A stretch of DNA of 62,986 nt, counting the filler, from Dimorphilus gyrociliatus (lineage: Eukaryota > Animalia > Annelida), in NCBI GenBank assembly GCA_904063045.1. It is 4 parts of 4 records of this genome, joined end to end, with 100 filler letters (N's around TTAATTAATTAA, not from the genome) between each part and the next. Parts side by side here need not be neighbours in the genome. Positions count along the whole stretch, not along the records: positions 1 to 24,675 come from CAJFCJ010000165.1; positions 24,776 to 38,232 come from CAJFCJ010000243.1; 2 more parts are not named here. The stretch is one strand, 5' to 3'. Position numbers and translations under genes: made by a program. The notes beneath the pieces were generated by a model, which saw nothing but the letters and a program-made list of their open reading frames with translations, had not been told where the DNA came from and did not search any database. This document shows, piece by piece, positions 24,006 through 36,077 of the stretch. Numbering within the stretch: the first letter of the stretch is position 1; every line of letters starts with the position of its first letter.

Positions 24006-24675
24006 TTGGAAATAGGCCTCGATAACGTCAAGAAAAAAAGAAAGTTAGTGTTTGTTAATAGGACAAGAATGTCTAAGGACAAGAATGTACATTTGATATC
24101 AAATGAGAAGTTAGGTAGAGATAGTTTAAAGATTGGTATTTTACAAGACACACAATATGAAAAGATAATTAATATGAAGTATACATCTGTAGAAACGATT
24201 GATCTGAAGGAAAATAATCAGATAGACAAAGTAGAACTATCCAAATTGTTTAAACAACTCAGCCATTCATTGAATATGTTAAAAAATATTCATCTTGGCA
24301 ATTGCTTTTTAAACAAAGACCATTACAAAGAGATCGGTAATCTGATTAAAGAATGCTGAAAATTAGAATCAATAGATCTATCAAAAAATTATCAATTGGG
24401 AAATGGATTGGAAAATATTACTGATGGACTGGCCGCATCAGTCAACACTTTGAAACATGTCAATTTTACATATTGTAACATTTCGGAAGAAGGTCATCAA
24501 TGGATTAAAGAACTCTTTAGACTTTGTTCCAGACTGGAGACAATCAACCTTGGAGGAAATAATTTTATGAAAAATGGACTAGAGAATATTTTATGCGGAC
24601 TAGTTCCATCATCAAATACTTTAAAACATCTGAATTTCAAATCGTATAATTTAAATAAAGAAATGTGTCAAAAAA
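24006..24675 (+). pseudogene. LRR copy 4 with a nonsense codon, cut by the contig end
   Basis: GAA TGC TGA AAA TTA (TGA at 24357-24359) where copy 2 has GAA TGC TCA AAA TTA (ECSKL). The reading frame continues in register to the gap. Confidence 0.85.
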
Positions 24676-24775
24676 NNNNNNNNNNNNNNNNNNNNNNNNN
24701 NNNNNNNNNNNNNNNNNNNTTAATTAATTAANNNNNNNNNNNNNNNNNNNNNNNNNNNNNNNNNNNNNNNNNNNN
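24676..24775. other. Artificial contig linker
   Basis: 44 N + TTAATTAATTAA (stop codons in all six frames) + 44 N. Confidence 0.97.
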
Positions 24776-25330
24776 TAGGAAATTTTTAAAGTATCTATAT
24801 TGATCATCTAGCGGATTACAATCTTGAAAATTAATATTCTTTAAAGTATGTAATGATGAAGACAGTCCATCACAAATCATTGATAATCCTCTTCCCATTC
24901 CTTTATTATAACCAAAGTCTATACTATCAATTTTAGAACAATTTTTCAAAAATTTTCCAAAACTTTCACACTGTTTCTCAGTCAGATCGCAAGCTTTCAA
25001 TTTGATATTTTTTAAACATTTGATGATTTTAAAAGTCCATTGGAAACTTTTTCTAAACCATTTTTCAAATTTTGATTCCAGCTTAAATTTATTGTTTCTA
25101 TACCAGAACATTCATTTAACATATTTCCAATATCTTTACATTGCCTCTTACTGAGTTACAATCTTCAAATTCAATATGTTTTAAGTGTTGGATGATTTTG
25201 ATAGATTTTGACAAATATCTTGCTGAATATCTTCAAGTTTCTATTATTAGACAGAATTATAGTGTTTATATCATTACTTTTTCTTAATAATTGAATAAAA
25301 TTATCCTTAGTGCATTCATAGAAGGAAGAG
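24776..25330 (-). pseudogene. Diverged RI-like LRR fragment at the contig edge
   Basis: CLKNIKLKACDL, IDSIDFGYN and LKNINFQDCN repeats; the frame breaks upstream of 25111. Confidence 0.65.
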
Positions 25331-26315
25331 AAGACTGTTCAAAACTTTTTGTCTTTCCCTGAGAATCAATCATTTCTTTCCTAAAATATTCTGTGTTGTT
25401 CGATTTCTATTATCTTTATCTAAATAGACTTTAATCAAGCAATCTCTTCCTTCAGCGCATTTTGGGCAAGAATTCTTGCAATTCCTTGCTTGACATGATA
25501 ATGTTAATTCTATAATACTCATTTTTAATAGAACAATGGTAAAAATTCTTTTATAAGTTTTATAACCATCAAGTTCATCTCTTTTGCTTAATTATAACCA
25601 TACATAGCTACCTTTCTGTTATCTATAACCATAAAAAATACTTTGATTTATTGCTTTTAAAAACTGTTTAACATTAGCAAGTAGGAGAAGGCATTATTTC
25701 CCTATCCTAATCTTGAACTTTAGCCATAAGTTCATATATTAAACACAAATAGTATAAAATTAAAACCATATAACCATAAAACCTTGTAGATAACTTTCAC
25801 ATGAAATATAAGAATAACATCCTTAATCTTAAATCATTTTGAACACTTTGTGTTTAATGTTTAACGAATATTAAATAATTAAATAATGCAAAAGTAGTTG
25901 GCACGACTAGTTTGGTATAAAAGAAAATTTTTCATATCCATTCGATTTATATAAAGAAGTCTGAAAAATCCTTACAATTATTCAAAGTTATGAATGTTGC
26001 ATTTATATTTATCGTCTGCAATTCATTCTCCATTGTTAGGGCAATCATTCACGTTTGGACAAGTTTGCTGTGTACTGCAACAATCTCCCAAAAATACTGT
26101 AAAAGCATTTTCAATGCCTAAACATTTATCATGATGACATGATTGATATTCGATATCAGAGGCAAACCTCAAAGTATATAAATCATTCTAAGCATTCCTA
26201 TCTTCAACAACCAATTTGCCCATATTGTCGACAGAGTATTAGAGGTTATACAGAAGTTAAGACGGATGCAAATAATTTTAGTTTTTATGAAGACTAGTTG
26301 TGGAATTCAATAGAA

Positions 26316-26412
26316 AGGGTTAGGGGTAATCAAAAAAGGTTAGAGAGAGACAAGGGCTAGGTTAGGGTTAGGGTTAAACCAGGCATTTGGGGACGTTTTC
26401 TGTCGTATCCCT
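26316..26412 (-). mobile_element. Half copy of the family A MITE
   Basis: Ends GGGGACGTTTTCTGTCGTATCCCT, the exact reverse complement of the 23713 terminus, and contains GGTTAGGGTTAGGGTT. Confidence 0.8.
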
Positions 26413-26697
26413 TCCATTTATGTGGTTGATACGTTCAAAAATGGCAAGGGCACCCATAAAAATTGGATTGAGTGCATTCACCATCACTAATTTATGTCAC
26501 TCCAACTACTTATCAACATTAATTTAGCTCCTAAACTAAAAAGTACCAAAAAGGTAAAACTTGACTTTTTGGACCAGTTCCAACATTTAAAATTCAATCA
26601 TTGAATTGAATGTTACAAAAATTGCTACATCATACCCAAAAAAAAGCTTATAGCTTAAAATCTATTTGAACTAGTGTTTTGGCGTATTGTTACAGAC

Positions 26698-26910
26698 GGG
26701 GTCAGGACTGTTTGCCCTATTTCAGAGACACAAACAGGTAACAATTACACGAATGAGGTATGTTTTGCAGATATATAATATCAAAGATATATTAATAACA
26801 TAAAAAAGTATGACTCGTAATATAGCATAACACTTCCCTTTACTTAATGGTCAATTGATCCTAAAGAGGGACATATTATCCCTGAAAAAAGGGCGAACTG
26901 TCCCTGAACC
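26698..26910. mobile_element. Mutator-like MITE (213 bp)
   Basis: About 28-bp imperfect TIRs GGGGTCAGGACTGTTTGCCCTATTTCAG / CTGAAAAAAGGGCGAACTGTCCCTGAACC, with 9-bp flanking repeats GTTACAGAC (26689-26697) and ATTACAGAC (26911-26919). Confidence 0.7.
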
Positions 26911-29900
26911 ATTACAGACAATTTCGGTTGGGACGAGAACGAAATTCCTACAATATTGATAAAAAAAAAAAAGTAGAAATGCGTAACATGATAAACAATT
27001 GGAATGATTTTTATTCAAAAGTGAATTATTTAAAATTTTTTTCCAATTAATTTTTGAATTTTTGTATAAAGATTATTTAATTTCTCGCAAGCCAATCAGC
27101 CGTGGTCGACTAAACCCCTTCTTATCGAAATTTTCCATTTTGCGCGCTAATTCCTCCAAGGCCTATTGAATAAAGAGTAAAATTTACTTTCTAAACCTTT
27201 CCGCCCCCCATCCCTCCACCCCTACTAAATTGTTAACTAACCCTTTCCTGAGCATCTTCTACCAGTAATCTTTTCCACGATCTCATCTAAAAATATTGAA
27301 AATATATACATAACTAAAACAAATTGAATAACTGTAGGCCTTGTAGTGTAGGCCTATACTAAAGAACAAAATTTTAGTAAATTGTTTGAATATTTCATAC
27401 TATAGGCGTCTAATTCACATTATTCTACTAACCAATTTCTCTTCGGCGTCATTTAAAAGTAGTTGCTTTAAGGATTTCAACTTTAAAAGTAAAATATAGA
27501 AGACATTTGAAAAAAATTTCATGAAAAATGTAAAATTTTCTTACAACTGTTTCCGTTCCTCTCTTGACAACGATAATCCAATCAAAGTTGCACAAATTAC
27601 AATAATAAATAATGTCTTCATAATTCTCCAAATTGTCCTGTTGCACAAACTATACTCTACTATGAAATAGTATTAATATCTTTGTGTAGACTTTGTATAA
27701 AAACTGTGTGACCCCCTTTCCCCCCTTTAATTGACATTGGTATTTATTTTACAATACTATTCTCATTATGAATGTTTTATCGATCAGTGTTCTATCTGAG
27801 AGATTACAACTAATTTCAAATTCAATGTAATGTTGAAGTATGAAGAAAAAGAGCATTTTGTTGATTTTACATTTATTTTTAAAATAAATAAAGAGAGAAT
27901 TTTAAATTTAAATTTCAAATTTTTAATTTTTTTACAGTTATATTTTCAATGTTGACAAAGAAAAATCTTTATAATCTATTCTTCAAGATTGAAAAACAAA
28001 TTTTTAGGATAAAAGAAAATGATGAACAGCATTTAAAATATTATGACATTTGCAAGAAAACCTTATTAAATTTCCATACAAGTCATGAAAGATAATACAA
28101 GAATCTACAAAATCTTCATTTTTTTGTACTGTTGAGAATGTCAATAATTCATTATCATGGAAGATAGATAAGGGTCATGATGATGATATTGAGTTTAACA
28201 AGTTTTCTTCTGCAACAGAAGAACAGCATTTTATCACAAAATCTCAGTATATTATCCCTTTAATGTTTTCAATATCAATTCAAAAAGTAGCAGCTTGCAA
28301 CTACGTATGCTGGCAAGTAATGAAAGGTCAATACATTATGAAATGTGAGACGAAGAAACATTTTGAACATTTTCATGAAAAAATCATTGATGGCTGTCAG
28401 ATGATTGAAAATAATCAAGTTGGCAATTGTTTTCTATCAAATGCACCTGGTGTTAACGTATTTCAATTTATAACTGTTGTTTGTCATCCAAATTTAGAAA
28501 ATGGAACATTTTCACTCGTCAAAAAGTTGCACCTGTAGTAATAACTTCTAAAAATGATATTCAAATGTAAACGAGAGAGAATGGAAACAAAAAAAGAAAA
28601 GAAAAAAATACTGACAAAAATATCTCTGATAAGAAGTTCTGTCATTTTATCTTTTCTTCTCTCTAGACTCTAAAACATATTTGCAAATTATTTACCAACA
28701 ATTTTTTAGACTTAAAAACCAAAAAAAAATAAAACACCAGTAGATTTTCTTTTCTGTTTTTGCATTTATATTTCAACTTGATAATAGAAGATTTGAGAGA
28801 AAATTCACTGAATTCTTAATTTCAAAATCTTCTTAAAAATTTATTGAGTTCTTTCCACCAACCAAAATATATTGAAAAAACATTAATTATCTGCAAAAAA
28901 ATCTTTTCAGAGTTTGTTACAAAAAGAAAATTTCCACTAAACTTTTATTTCTAAAATGTTACAAGAGAAATCAAACATGTAAAAATTAAATGACAATATA
29001 AACCTAATTCATTTATAAAGGTTTTGAAGTATTTAAAAATGAAGGCTTTACCATTTTAGTTGGTAAAGAGGTAAAGATGACATCAATTTTGCCTTTCAAA
29101 GTGAATTAGCATAAGAATCTCCAAAATCCTGATCTAATTTTCTTTTTTTTTAAAAAAAGATACTTTTTCACAGTATGGAAAGGATGATAAATATAAATTA
29201 TTCTATAGGAATAATGGCCACATCTTTCAAGTTTATGGAACTAAAGAAGAAAGGAGAAATTTATGCAAAACAACACAATTCAATTTAAAATTTGAACAAA
29301 ATCTCTCTGAAATCTACATTAATTGAACAAACTTCATTCACAAAAACAAATAGTATTATTTGAACTTTTTGGTAATGGAAGTCTTACCTTTAATATTACT
29401 ACTCAACAGCAATTTTTTTCAGATTTAACTAGAAAATATAATGAGAATTTGAATGTCAAGAATTTTGTATTATTGTCAAAAACCTATGGTGTTGTTAGGC
29501 AAGTTTTTAGGATACCTTTAAAAAATAATATTGGAAGTGAATGTACTTTTCTTTGTCAAGTTATGAATTTAATTCGAAGTGAAAAAAGATGCAAGCAAAT
29601 GTTTGTTAATGTTGTTTGTTAATAAGTATAAAGAAATTTTTAAAAAAAATCTATTTCTCAGAATTCACATCACAATTTTATACATAGAATTGCAAGACAG
29701 AGAAATGTACCAGAAATTTGTTTTGAAATATCACTAACCTCTTCAAAAAAAGTCATTGAAACAAAAGAAGTTGATTGTCAGCAAACTTTTTCAAATTTTA
29801 TAATATGCCAAACTGGTTCAAGTAATAAAAGCAAATACAAAAACACATTAAAAATTCAAAGAAAAAATTATAATTGATCTTGTCAGTGTTCTAGAAAATC

Positions 29901-30734
29901 TAATCAAATTAGGCCTAAAGAGAGATTATTGTTTGAATTGAAACAAAAAATCCAAAAACAATACAAGTCATCCATTGATTAAGATTTTCCAGTGACACTA
30001 ACTTTTGAATATTTACTAAACTTAAAAAAAAACAATAAAAATCTCTTACAGTTTTTGAACCTTGCCCTGAAAGTGATTATATTCAATGCAAAAATAACAA
30101 GCAATGTATTCCCAAACATCAATTGTTGGATAATGAAAAGAATTGTTTTGACGGAAGTAGCGAATTATCAACCGTTGAGAAAATATCATTTATCTTTAGT
30201 GAAGGGTTGTAGAGATATCTATCAATTTGAATGCGACAAGACTTGTATCCATAGCCTCTATATAAAAGATTTAAACAAGATTGTTGACGACGAAGGACCT
30301 CTACTTTATTTTAGAGGTTTTAAATCTTTAAAGTATACCAGTAAATTGATTAAAAACCAATGTTATTATGGAATATCATCAATTGGCTATCCTATAAGAC
30401 TAGCCAATGTTACCATGGCGATGAAGTTAACTGCGGTTGGTAGTAGTAGAAATCCTAAAAACTGTTTCCTCTTAAACATATTTTTTTTAAAAAGCAGAAA
30501 ATTTCTATCCAAAAAACTTCTTCAGATGTCATGAAAATGAGAAATTTATCAAATTATCCCAAGTATGCAATGGAATTATCAATTGTAAAGATGGAAATGA
30601 AGAACTATTGCGCATTTCTCCAAAGCATAACAATAACAATTCAATGTGTCAGCAAATAAGTGTTTTTTCATTAATCTGTAATTTTTCAATTGAGTACAAT
30701 GATGGAAATAATCAAGCGGAAATTGAAATGTTGA

Positions 30735-30805
30735 AAATGTAGGTACAGCTAAGGGCTGGGTTAGGGTTAGGGTAAAAGTACTGATTTGTGGACGTATCCC
30801 AGAAA
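30735..30805 (-). repeat. Fragment of the subfamily B MITE
   Basis: GTAGGTACAGCTAAGGGCTGGGTTAGGGTTAGGG matches the reverse complement of about 3830-3850. Confidence 0.55.
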
Positions 30806-31194
30806 ATACTGTTCCTCCATTGATAATCAATTTTAAAGTACTCATTAGGATGTATAAGATCCATAAAAGACAGTGAATTAACGAAAAATGACATTGCCAA
30901 ATCGCAAACAGAGTATCATACAAACAAGATGTTTATCAGGATAACTCGATGTAAAGTTAACAATTAAAGATAAGATAGTAATTACAATATAGAAAACTCC
31001 AATAATGAAGATAGCAATATCATTAAAGCACAAAGTTTCATTTACTGTTATAAGACTCTTGAGGAGACATTGCTCACTTCCCTTACACTTTTCATACTCA
31101 TCCCCTGAACAGGATGGAAAAACTGAAAAAAAGAAAATAGATATATCACTATTGCCAAACTAGAATGTTTGTTGTTATTGTTATTATTACCGCA

Positions 31195-31479
31195 ATCAAT
31201 TTCATCAGATCCATCGGAGCATTCCTTGTTATGGTTGCACAAGAATAAATAGTTCAACGATTCACTTGAATTGTGGCATTTAAATTGAAAGTTTGTCTTG
31301 TGTAAATGATCATAAAATTTATCTTGAATTTCACAGTCCGAAGTATTTTTGTATAGAAATGCTAAATTAATATAAAAATCGTATTTTGAACAGTGGAAAC
31401 AGTTATCCGACAATTGTGTGTTTGTTGATCCAATGCTAGGATTAGTTAAAATATCATCCCTTTTTGCAAAAACATTCAA
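31195..31479 (-). pseudogene. Isolated LDL-receptor class A exon
   Basis: FKCHNSSESLNYLFLCNHNKECSDGSDEIDC followed by a donor G|GTAATA; the rest of the gene was not traced. Confidence 0.55.
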
Positions 31480-31616
31480 AATCTTTGCCCAATAAAACTA
31501 TATTCAAAATGGTCATTTATCACTCCTTCCACCCCTCTTAGCTTTTCTCCTTTCCTCTTTCATGCTGTTCTCCTTCCTCTGCTCTCTCCTTAGCTCTCTT
31601 CTTGTCCCTATCATTC

Positions 31617-31642
31617 CTCTCTCTCTCTCTCTCTCTCTCTCT
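31617..31642 (+). repeat. (CT)13 microsatellite in a pyrimidine-rich tract
   Basis: Read directly from the sequence. Confidence 0.95.
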
Positions 31643-32295
31643 CCTTAGCAATACACACATACAAAAGCGTAATGCATTATATTACTTTGGATGAATGCTC
31701 AAGTAATTTTTGCATTAATAAAAAACCCATCCAGGATAGGATAGCAATGGAGCATACATTGCTCAATTATTATCAAAGAAAAGGATCTTTTTTCAGGTGG
31801 GCATCCAGATTAAAAGTCTATTATAATGCTAGTCCCAATCATTTCATGCATATACAGGTACATGTATCAGTTATTTAACTGTGATAAAGACTTAGAACTC
31901 AATGTCCACTTCAAATTCGAAACCTTTACTTTAACGTCTACTTCTACAAAAATGTAATCCTTCTAGACATTCTCTGACAATTTCTATGAAAAGGAAAAAC
32001 TTGGAATTTCTGTTACTTAGTTTGGTATTGTATTAAATCTACATTAGAAGGTAATTTGCTGTAAATAGATAATTATAATACACTTCAGTGATTACATTAT
32101 TTTTTCCATGTCCACTGCTTTTAGCTTCTATAGAAAAGTACTATTGATTATCATTAATTATTATTAGGAGAGAAATAAAGGGGAGGTGGGGAGACAGACA
32201 ACAGAAGGACAGAGTGGCAGAGTTTTGTAGTGCAGTAATTTTATTACTCCATTTTTTTCTTCCCTGTCATCAGATGAAAAACTAAGTATTTAAAA

Positions 32296-33204
32296 ATGTT
32301 TTTTGAAAAGCATTATGTAATGGCCATTTGTGTTTGTAATCAAGTTGTTGGTTTACTTCTAAACAGTAATTTAATCGTTATTCATATAATAAATAAAGAT
32401 TTATTAAGGTTAGAATATTTTGGTGTCACAGCTTTAACAATTACAGATGTTGTATCCTCAATCACTGTAATACTTTGTAGCACTTTACTTGGCAATGATA
32501 TTAATGTTTACTCTTGTCTTATCGCATTCCAATTTGTTTTTGTCATCATTGCAGTATCATCTTTTACATTGACACTAATCACTTTTGAAAAGTTTATAGC
32601 TGTTTTCAGACCATTCACCTTTCTAAAAGTTTGGACAATGAGAAGGGCGCTTATTTTACTTTCTTGTATATGGTTAGTGAGCTTTATCATTGCTTTACCT
32701 CCAGTTTTGGGATGGAATGAAATTGAAAATGCAATGGAGAATAATACTTTTGAATGTGATTCTCTTAATATTTTGTCGTATTCATACCTATACTTTTGGG
32801 GTTTAAGCGCTGTTTTACCAAATGCTATTGTCAGCTTTATATTATTTATACCTATAGCAAGTGTAATAAGGAAACACAGGCAAGCCATATCGAATGTGTC
32901 AAATGATACTAATTTAGAAACTAAAGGCTGTAGCATTCGAATTTTGACCACTTTATTAATAATCAACTGCTTTTTGTGGATTCTAGCTATTGCACTGATT
33001 ATTTATGATAACTACGAAGAACCTTCAGAGGACAATTCTGTAGAGGATCAATATTATACATTTATTTACTCATTCATTGCAATTATCCTTTCAAATTCAA
33101 CAATAAATCCTCTTGTTCATGGATATACTAATTTATCTATAAGACTTCAAACCAAGAAACTCTACATAGATTTGTTTAAAAGGATTACTTGGGCCAAAAT
33201 ATAA
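32296..33204 (+). CDS. Intronless class A GPCR, 302 aa
   Basis: Seven TM segments: GLLLN (TM1), LTITD (TM2), TFEKFIAVFRP (DRY-like), LPPVLGWN (TM4) and NSTINPLVHG (TM7). Confidence 0.88.
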   Translation: MFFEKHYVMAICVCNQVVGLLLNSNLIVIHIINKDLLRLEYFGVTALTITDVVSSITVILCSTLLGNDINVYSCLIAFQFVFVIIAVSSFTLTLITFEKFIAVFRPFTFLKVWTMRRALILLSCIWLVSFIIALPPVLGWNEIENAMENNTFECDSLNILSYSYLYFWGLSAVLPNAIVSFILFIPIASVIRKHRQAISNVSNDTNLETKGCSIRILTTLLIINCFLWILAIALIIYDNYEEPSEDNSVEDQYYTFIYSFIAIILSNSTINPLVHGYTNLSIRLQTKKLYIDLFKRITWAKI

Positions 33205-33339
33205 ATTCACTCCGGCGAATGATGTGTAAAGGACTTGAAACATACTCGAACAATCTCCAAGGAATCTCTGCCAGGATATAACTTTTGTCCAAAACAAGCG
33301 ATTTGTTCCGGAGTATTATTTTAACATTGCTGTTCATTG

Positions 33340-33478
33340 GATAATTTTTCCATTACCCCTAATTTTTCCTAACCCTCCCCCAAGTAGAAATCAGTTGCTG
33401 TCCTCCTCTTCCCTACCACTTTTAAACTAAAACCTAGCCTTGAAATTTCTCATTTGTGGATGTTTTCTGTCAATCCCA
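33340..33478 (+). repeat. Degenerate subfamily B MITE
   Basis: TTACCCCTAA..CCTAACCC interior and right end GTGGATGTTTTCTGTCAATCCC. Confidence 0.55.
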
Positions 33479-33606
33479 TCAAAATACAACAAAGTACAGA
33501 TTCAGACATTAGCTTAAATTCAATTGGATGTTCTGACAAATGGATTAAAACTTTAAAAAGATATTATGGATGGAGCTAATTTAGATGGTGATGGAGCATT
33601 TAGAAT

Positions 33607-33661
33607 TTTCAAGAATGGGAGCCAAGAAGGAAAACCATTAATGATTCACAATGGTTTTTCA
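33607..33661 (+). mobile_element. Second fragment of the MULE element seen at 8959
   Basis: TTTTCAAGAATGGGAGCCAAGAAGGAAAACCATTAATGATTCACAATGGTTTTTCA aligns with about 8992-9046. Confidence 0.6.
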
Positions 33662-34072
33662 ATTCTGGCTGTTTTCCACCACATCCCAACTATTGTCAAT
33701 TATTAAATGTCCCAATCAAAAACTTTTATCTTATTTAGATAAGACTTTATCGGCTACTATATAAATGTTGTCTCTTCTATTGATAGTACTCATTGAGCAA
33801 AACAGATTTTGAATTATTTTCTAATTATTGAACATGTTTGGCAAATCATTTGCTCAAGAAAACTTACGAATGGACTGTCAGAATTTATCTATCTATGCTC
33901 TTTGAATTTGAATAATATCTATTAACTTTGAATTTTTTAAGTGAATGATGAAGTCTTTAATATTTTCAGCATTGTGTGTTCTTTTTATATTGATGAAAGA
34001 GAATATCATTTAAATCCTTGGCAATGAGAATATAGTTTTGTTTTTTTTTAAATAAAATAAACCTTGATATAA

Positions 34073-36077
34073 TTATATATTTATACCTAGTTGTAATAAT
34101 TCAGTAAGTCTGACAACTTCTAGTTTTGGTTCTTCAATTTGACTGTTGATTTTCATTCTGATTGATTGTGCTGCTGCTGTTTGGAACCTGCATCCTTTCC
34201 TTGTATAATAGATAAATGCCTTCTTGCCAGAATGTATGGCATATTGGTTTTGTTTTGCATCCAAAGGATTTTTCTTGATCTTGAAGAGATGCTGAGTTTG
34301 GTCACATGTACCATATCTTATGTCTTCTTTAGTGGTGTGGTAAGCATGATGAAGTATTGGATCAATTGAGAATAGGAGATCTTTATATTTGATCAGAAAT
34401 TCTTTTGAACATAATCCATTTTTTGTTATAATTGTTGTGTCACAAACTACTTGAACAGTTTTTAATTCTGTACATGTATTGAGGGTTGTTAGATCTCCTA
34501 ACCATGTACTATGGGTTCCATGTTTAGATCCAAGTATTGTTGGTAGTTGAGGTGATAGTGGTGTAAGTAGGGCTATCATCTTGTTTCTCATGATAAATTC
34601 TTTGCAGAAAAGTTGTGAAACTTGTTTAAAAACTGTTTGTAAATTTTGAAAATTTTTGTCAATATTGTTTAACAGTGCAGCTGTTCTTATAGCATCTTTT
34701 ATATTTATTTGGTGTGATTCTGGAATCTCTATGCTTTCTAATTGTTTCCTCTTCCATTTGTGATTTATTGGTTTTCTTTGTAAAAGTGTATATTTTCCAT
34801 TTTTGGTATGAATTTGAAATTGTGTATCTTTTGGGCTTTGATACCAAATATTCATGTTTGGGATTGGGTTGAAAGTAACTGGTTTTTCGTCCAATTCAAA
34901 CTCTTGTGATCTTAATAGTCTGGCAGGTTTTAGCTTTGTTGTTTTCAGCATTTTTAGTATGTATTTGTTGTGAATATCCCAGATGTCTGGAGAAATAATT
35001 TCTTTGACAAACCAAGTCCTCACTAATGGTGTTGCATGATTTTTTATCAGCATATGGTAGGTTTTGTCAGCATCTCTATACCAATCATTATATGTTAAAA
35101 TATCTTGTATTTCTGTGACATTGGCCTTTCTTAGTGATGATTTCTTTCCAATATATTTCTCCAATCTAGTAACTTCTTTATTTGAAATGATCTTGTATTT
35201 TGTATCCTCTATTAATTTATTGTCAGCAGAATTGGAATTTGTAAGATCAGTTCTAAGTAAGTCATATTCTTTCTGGGGTACCAATACTCTGGTACCAGGA
35301 CCACCATATCCTTTGATATATCTGTCTTGGTAAGGTAAATCCATTATTGCATAGTTGGGGCAGGAAAAATATCCTCCAAGTTTTACACATTCCACATTAT
35401 GGGAAACTATTTTCCATGGTGAAACATGGCCTAAAAGACTTTGACCTTTTTCTGGATTAAATATAATGATTGAATCCAAAGTTCTACAAAATAATAGAAC
35501 AGTCTTCTAAATATTCCAAATTTGTGGTTATTTTATCTTGACTTGGATTCCAATAAGCCTTGCCAATTTGAAGGATTGTTGTAAATTCTTCCACCACTGT
35601 GGTTCTTGGCCATTTGTAATTTGGTCCTTTGTTTTCATTATACATAAGAAGTTTGCCTTTTTCAATTAGGTTTTGTCCATTTAAGGTTTTGTGTGTGTAT
35701 AGCATTGTTCTGCATTGTTTTTCACTTAAGGCAAGTGTTTGTTTTTCAATTCTGTGTTTCTTTGCTCCAAAAAAGTAATGAGTGTAGAAATTGATTCTTC
35801 TTTTCACTAAACACTTGACAGCTTGAATTGCCAAATTGTCAGCTTTAATTTCATAGATGTTAGCTACAATTTTGATCATTTGTTTAGTTTCAAAGGTACA
35901 TACTGGTTCATCTGCTAAATCAAATGATTGGTGTACTTGTTGTCCTTGACAAAACTGTACTGATGGTAGCATTCTTACAGTTATGTTTGCTTTTGTTATG
36001 GATACATTTGCTTGGACCAAGTTTAAACAGCATATTGCTAACAGTGTATAAATTATTGATCCTCTGATAGGAAGCAT
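34073..36077 (-). CDS. env: Envelope-like glycoprotein, putative class III fusion protein (chuvirus G / herpesvirus gB-like); frameshift near 35484, no C-terminal TM anchor
   Basis: Internal ATG 36077 opens the signal peptide MLPIRGSIIYTLLAICCLNLVQA. Cys pattern QFCQG..FDLADEPVC..VKCLVKRR..YFFGAKKH..LSEKQCRTM, and later LFCKE..LSPQL..WLGDLTTLNTC..CSKEF. Homology is inferred from memory of family motifs. Confidence 0.7.

Noticed and set aside
24720-24731. TTAATTAATTAA palindrome repeated three times as a biological motif
   Set aside because: Always centred between exactly 44 Ns on each side; a synthetic six-frame stop spacer.
26316-26380. TTAGGG runs as a telomere or interstitial telomeric array
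   Set aside because: Only two or three units, always inside the family A/B MITE.
27085-27250. GC-richer patch with CCAAT and GC-box-like motifs as a promoter or ncRNA
   Set aside because: No supported gene start nearby and no recognisable RNA structure.
33200-34072. 3' LTR of the Gypsy element
   Set aside because: No polypurine tract or TG..CA-bounded repeat recognised; the region holds MITE and MULE scraps.
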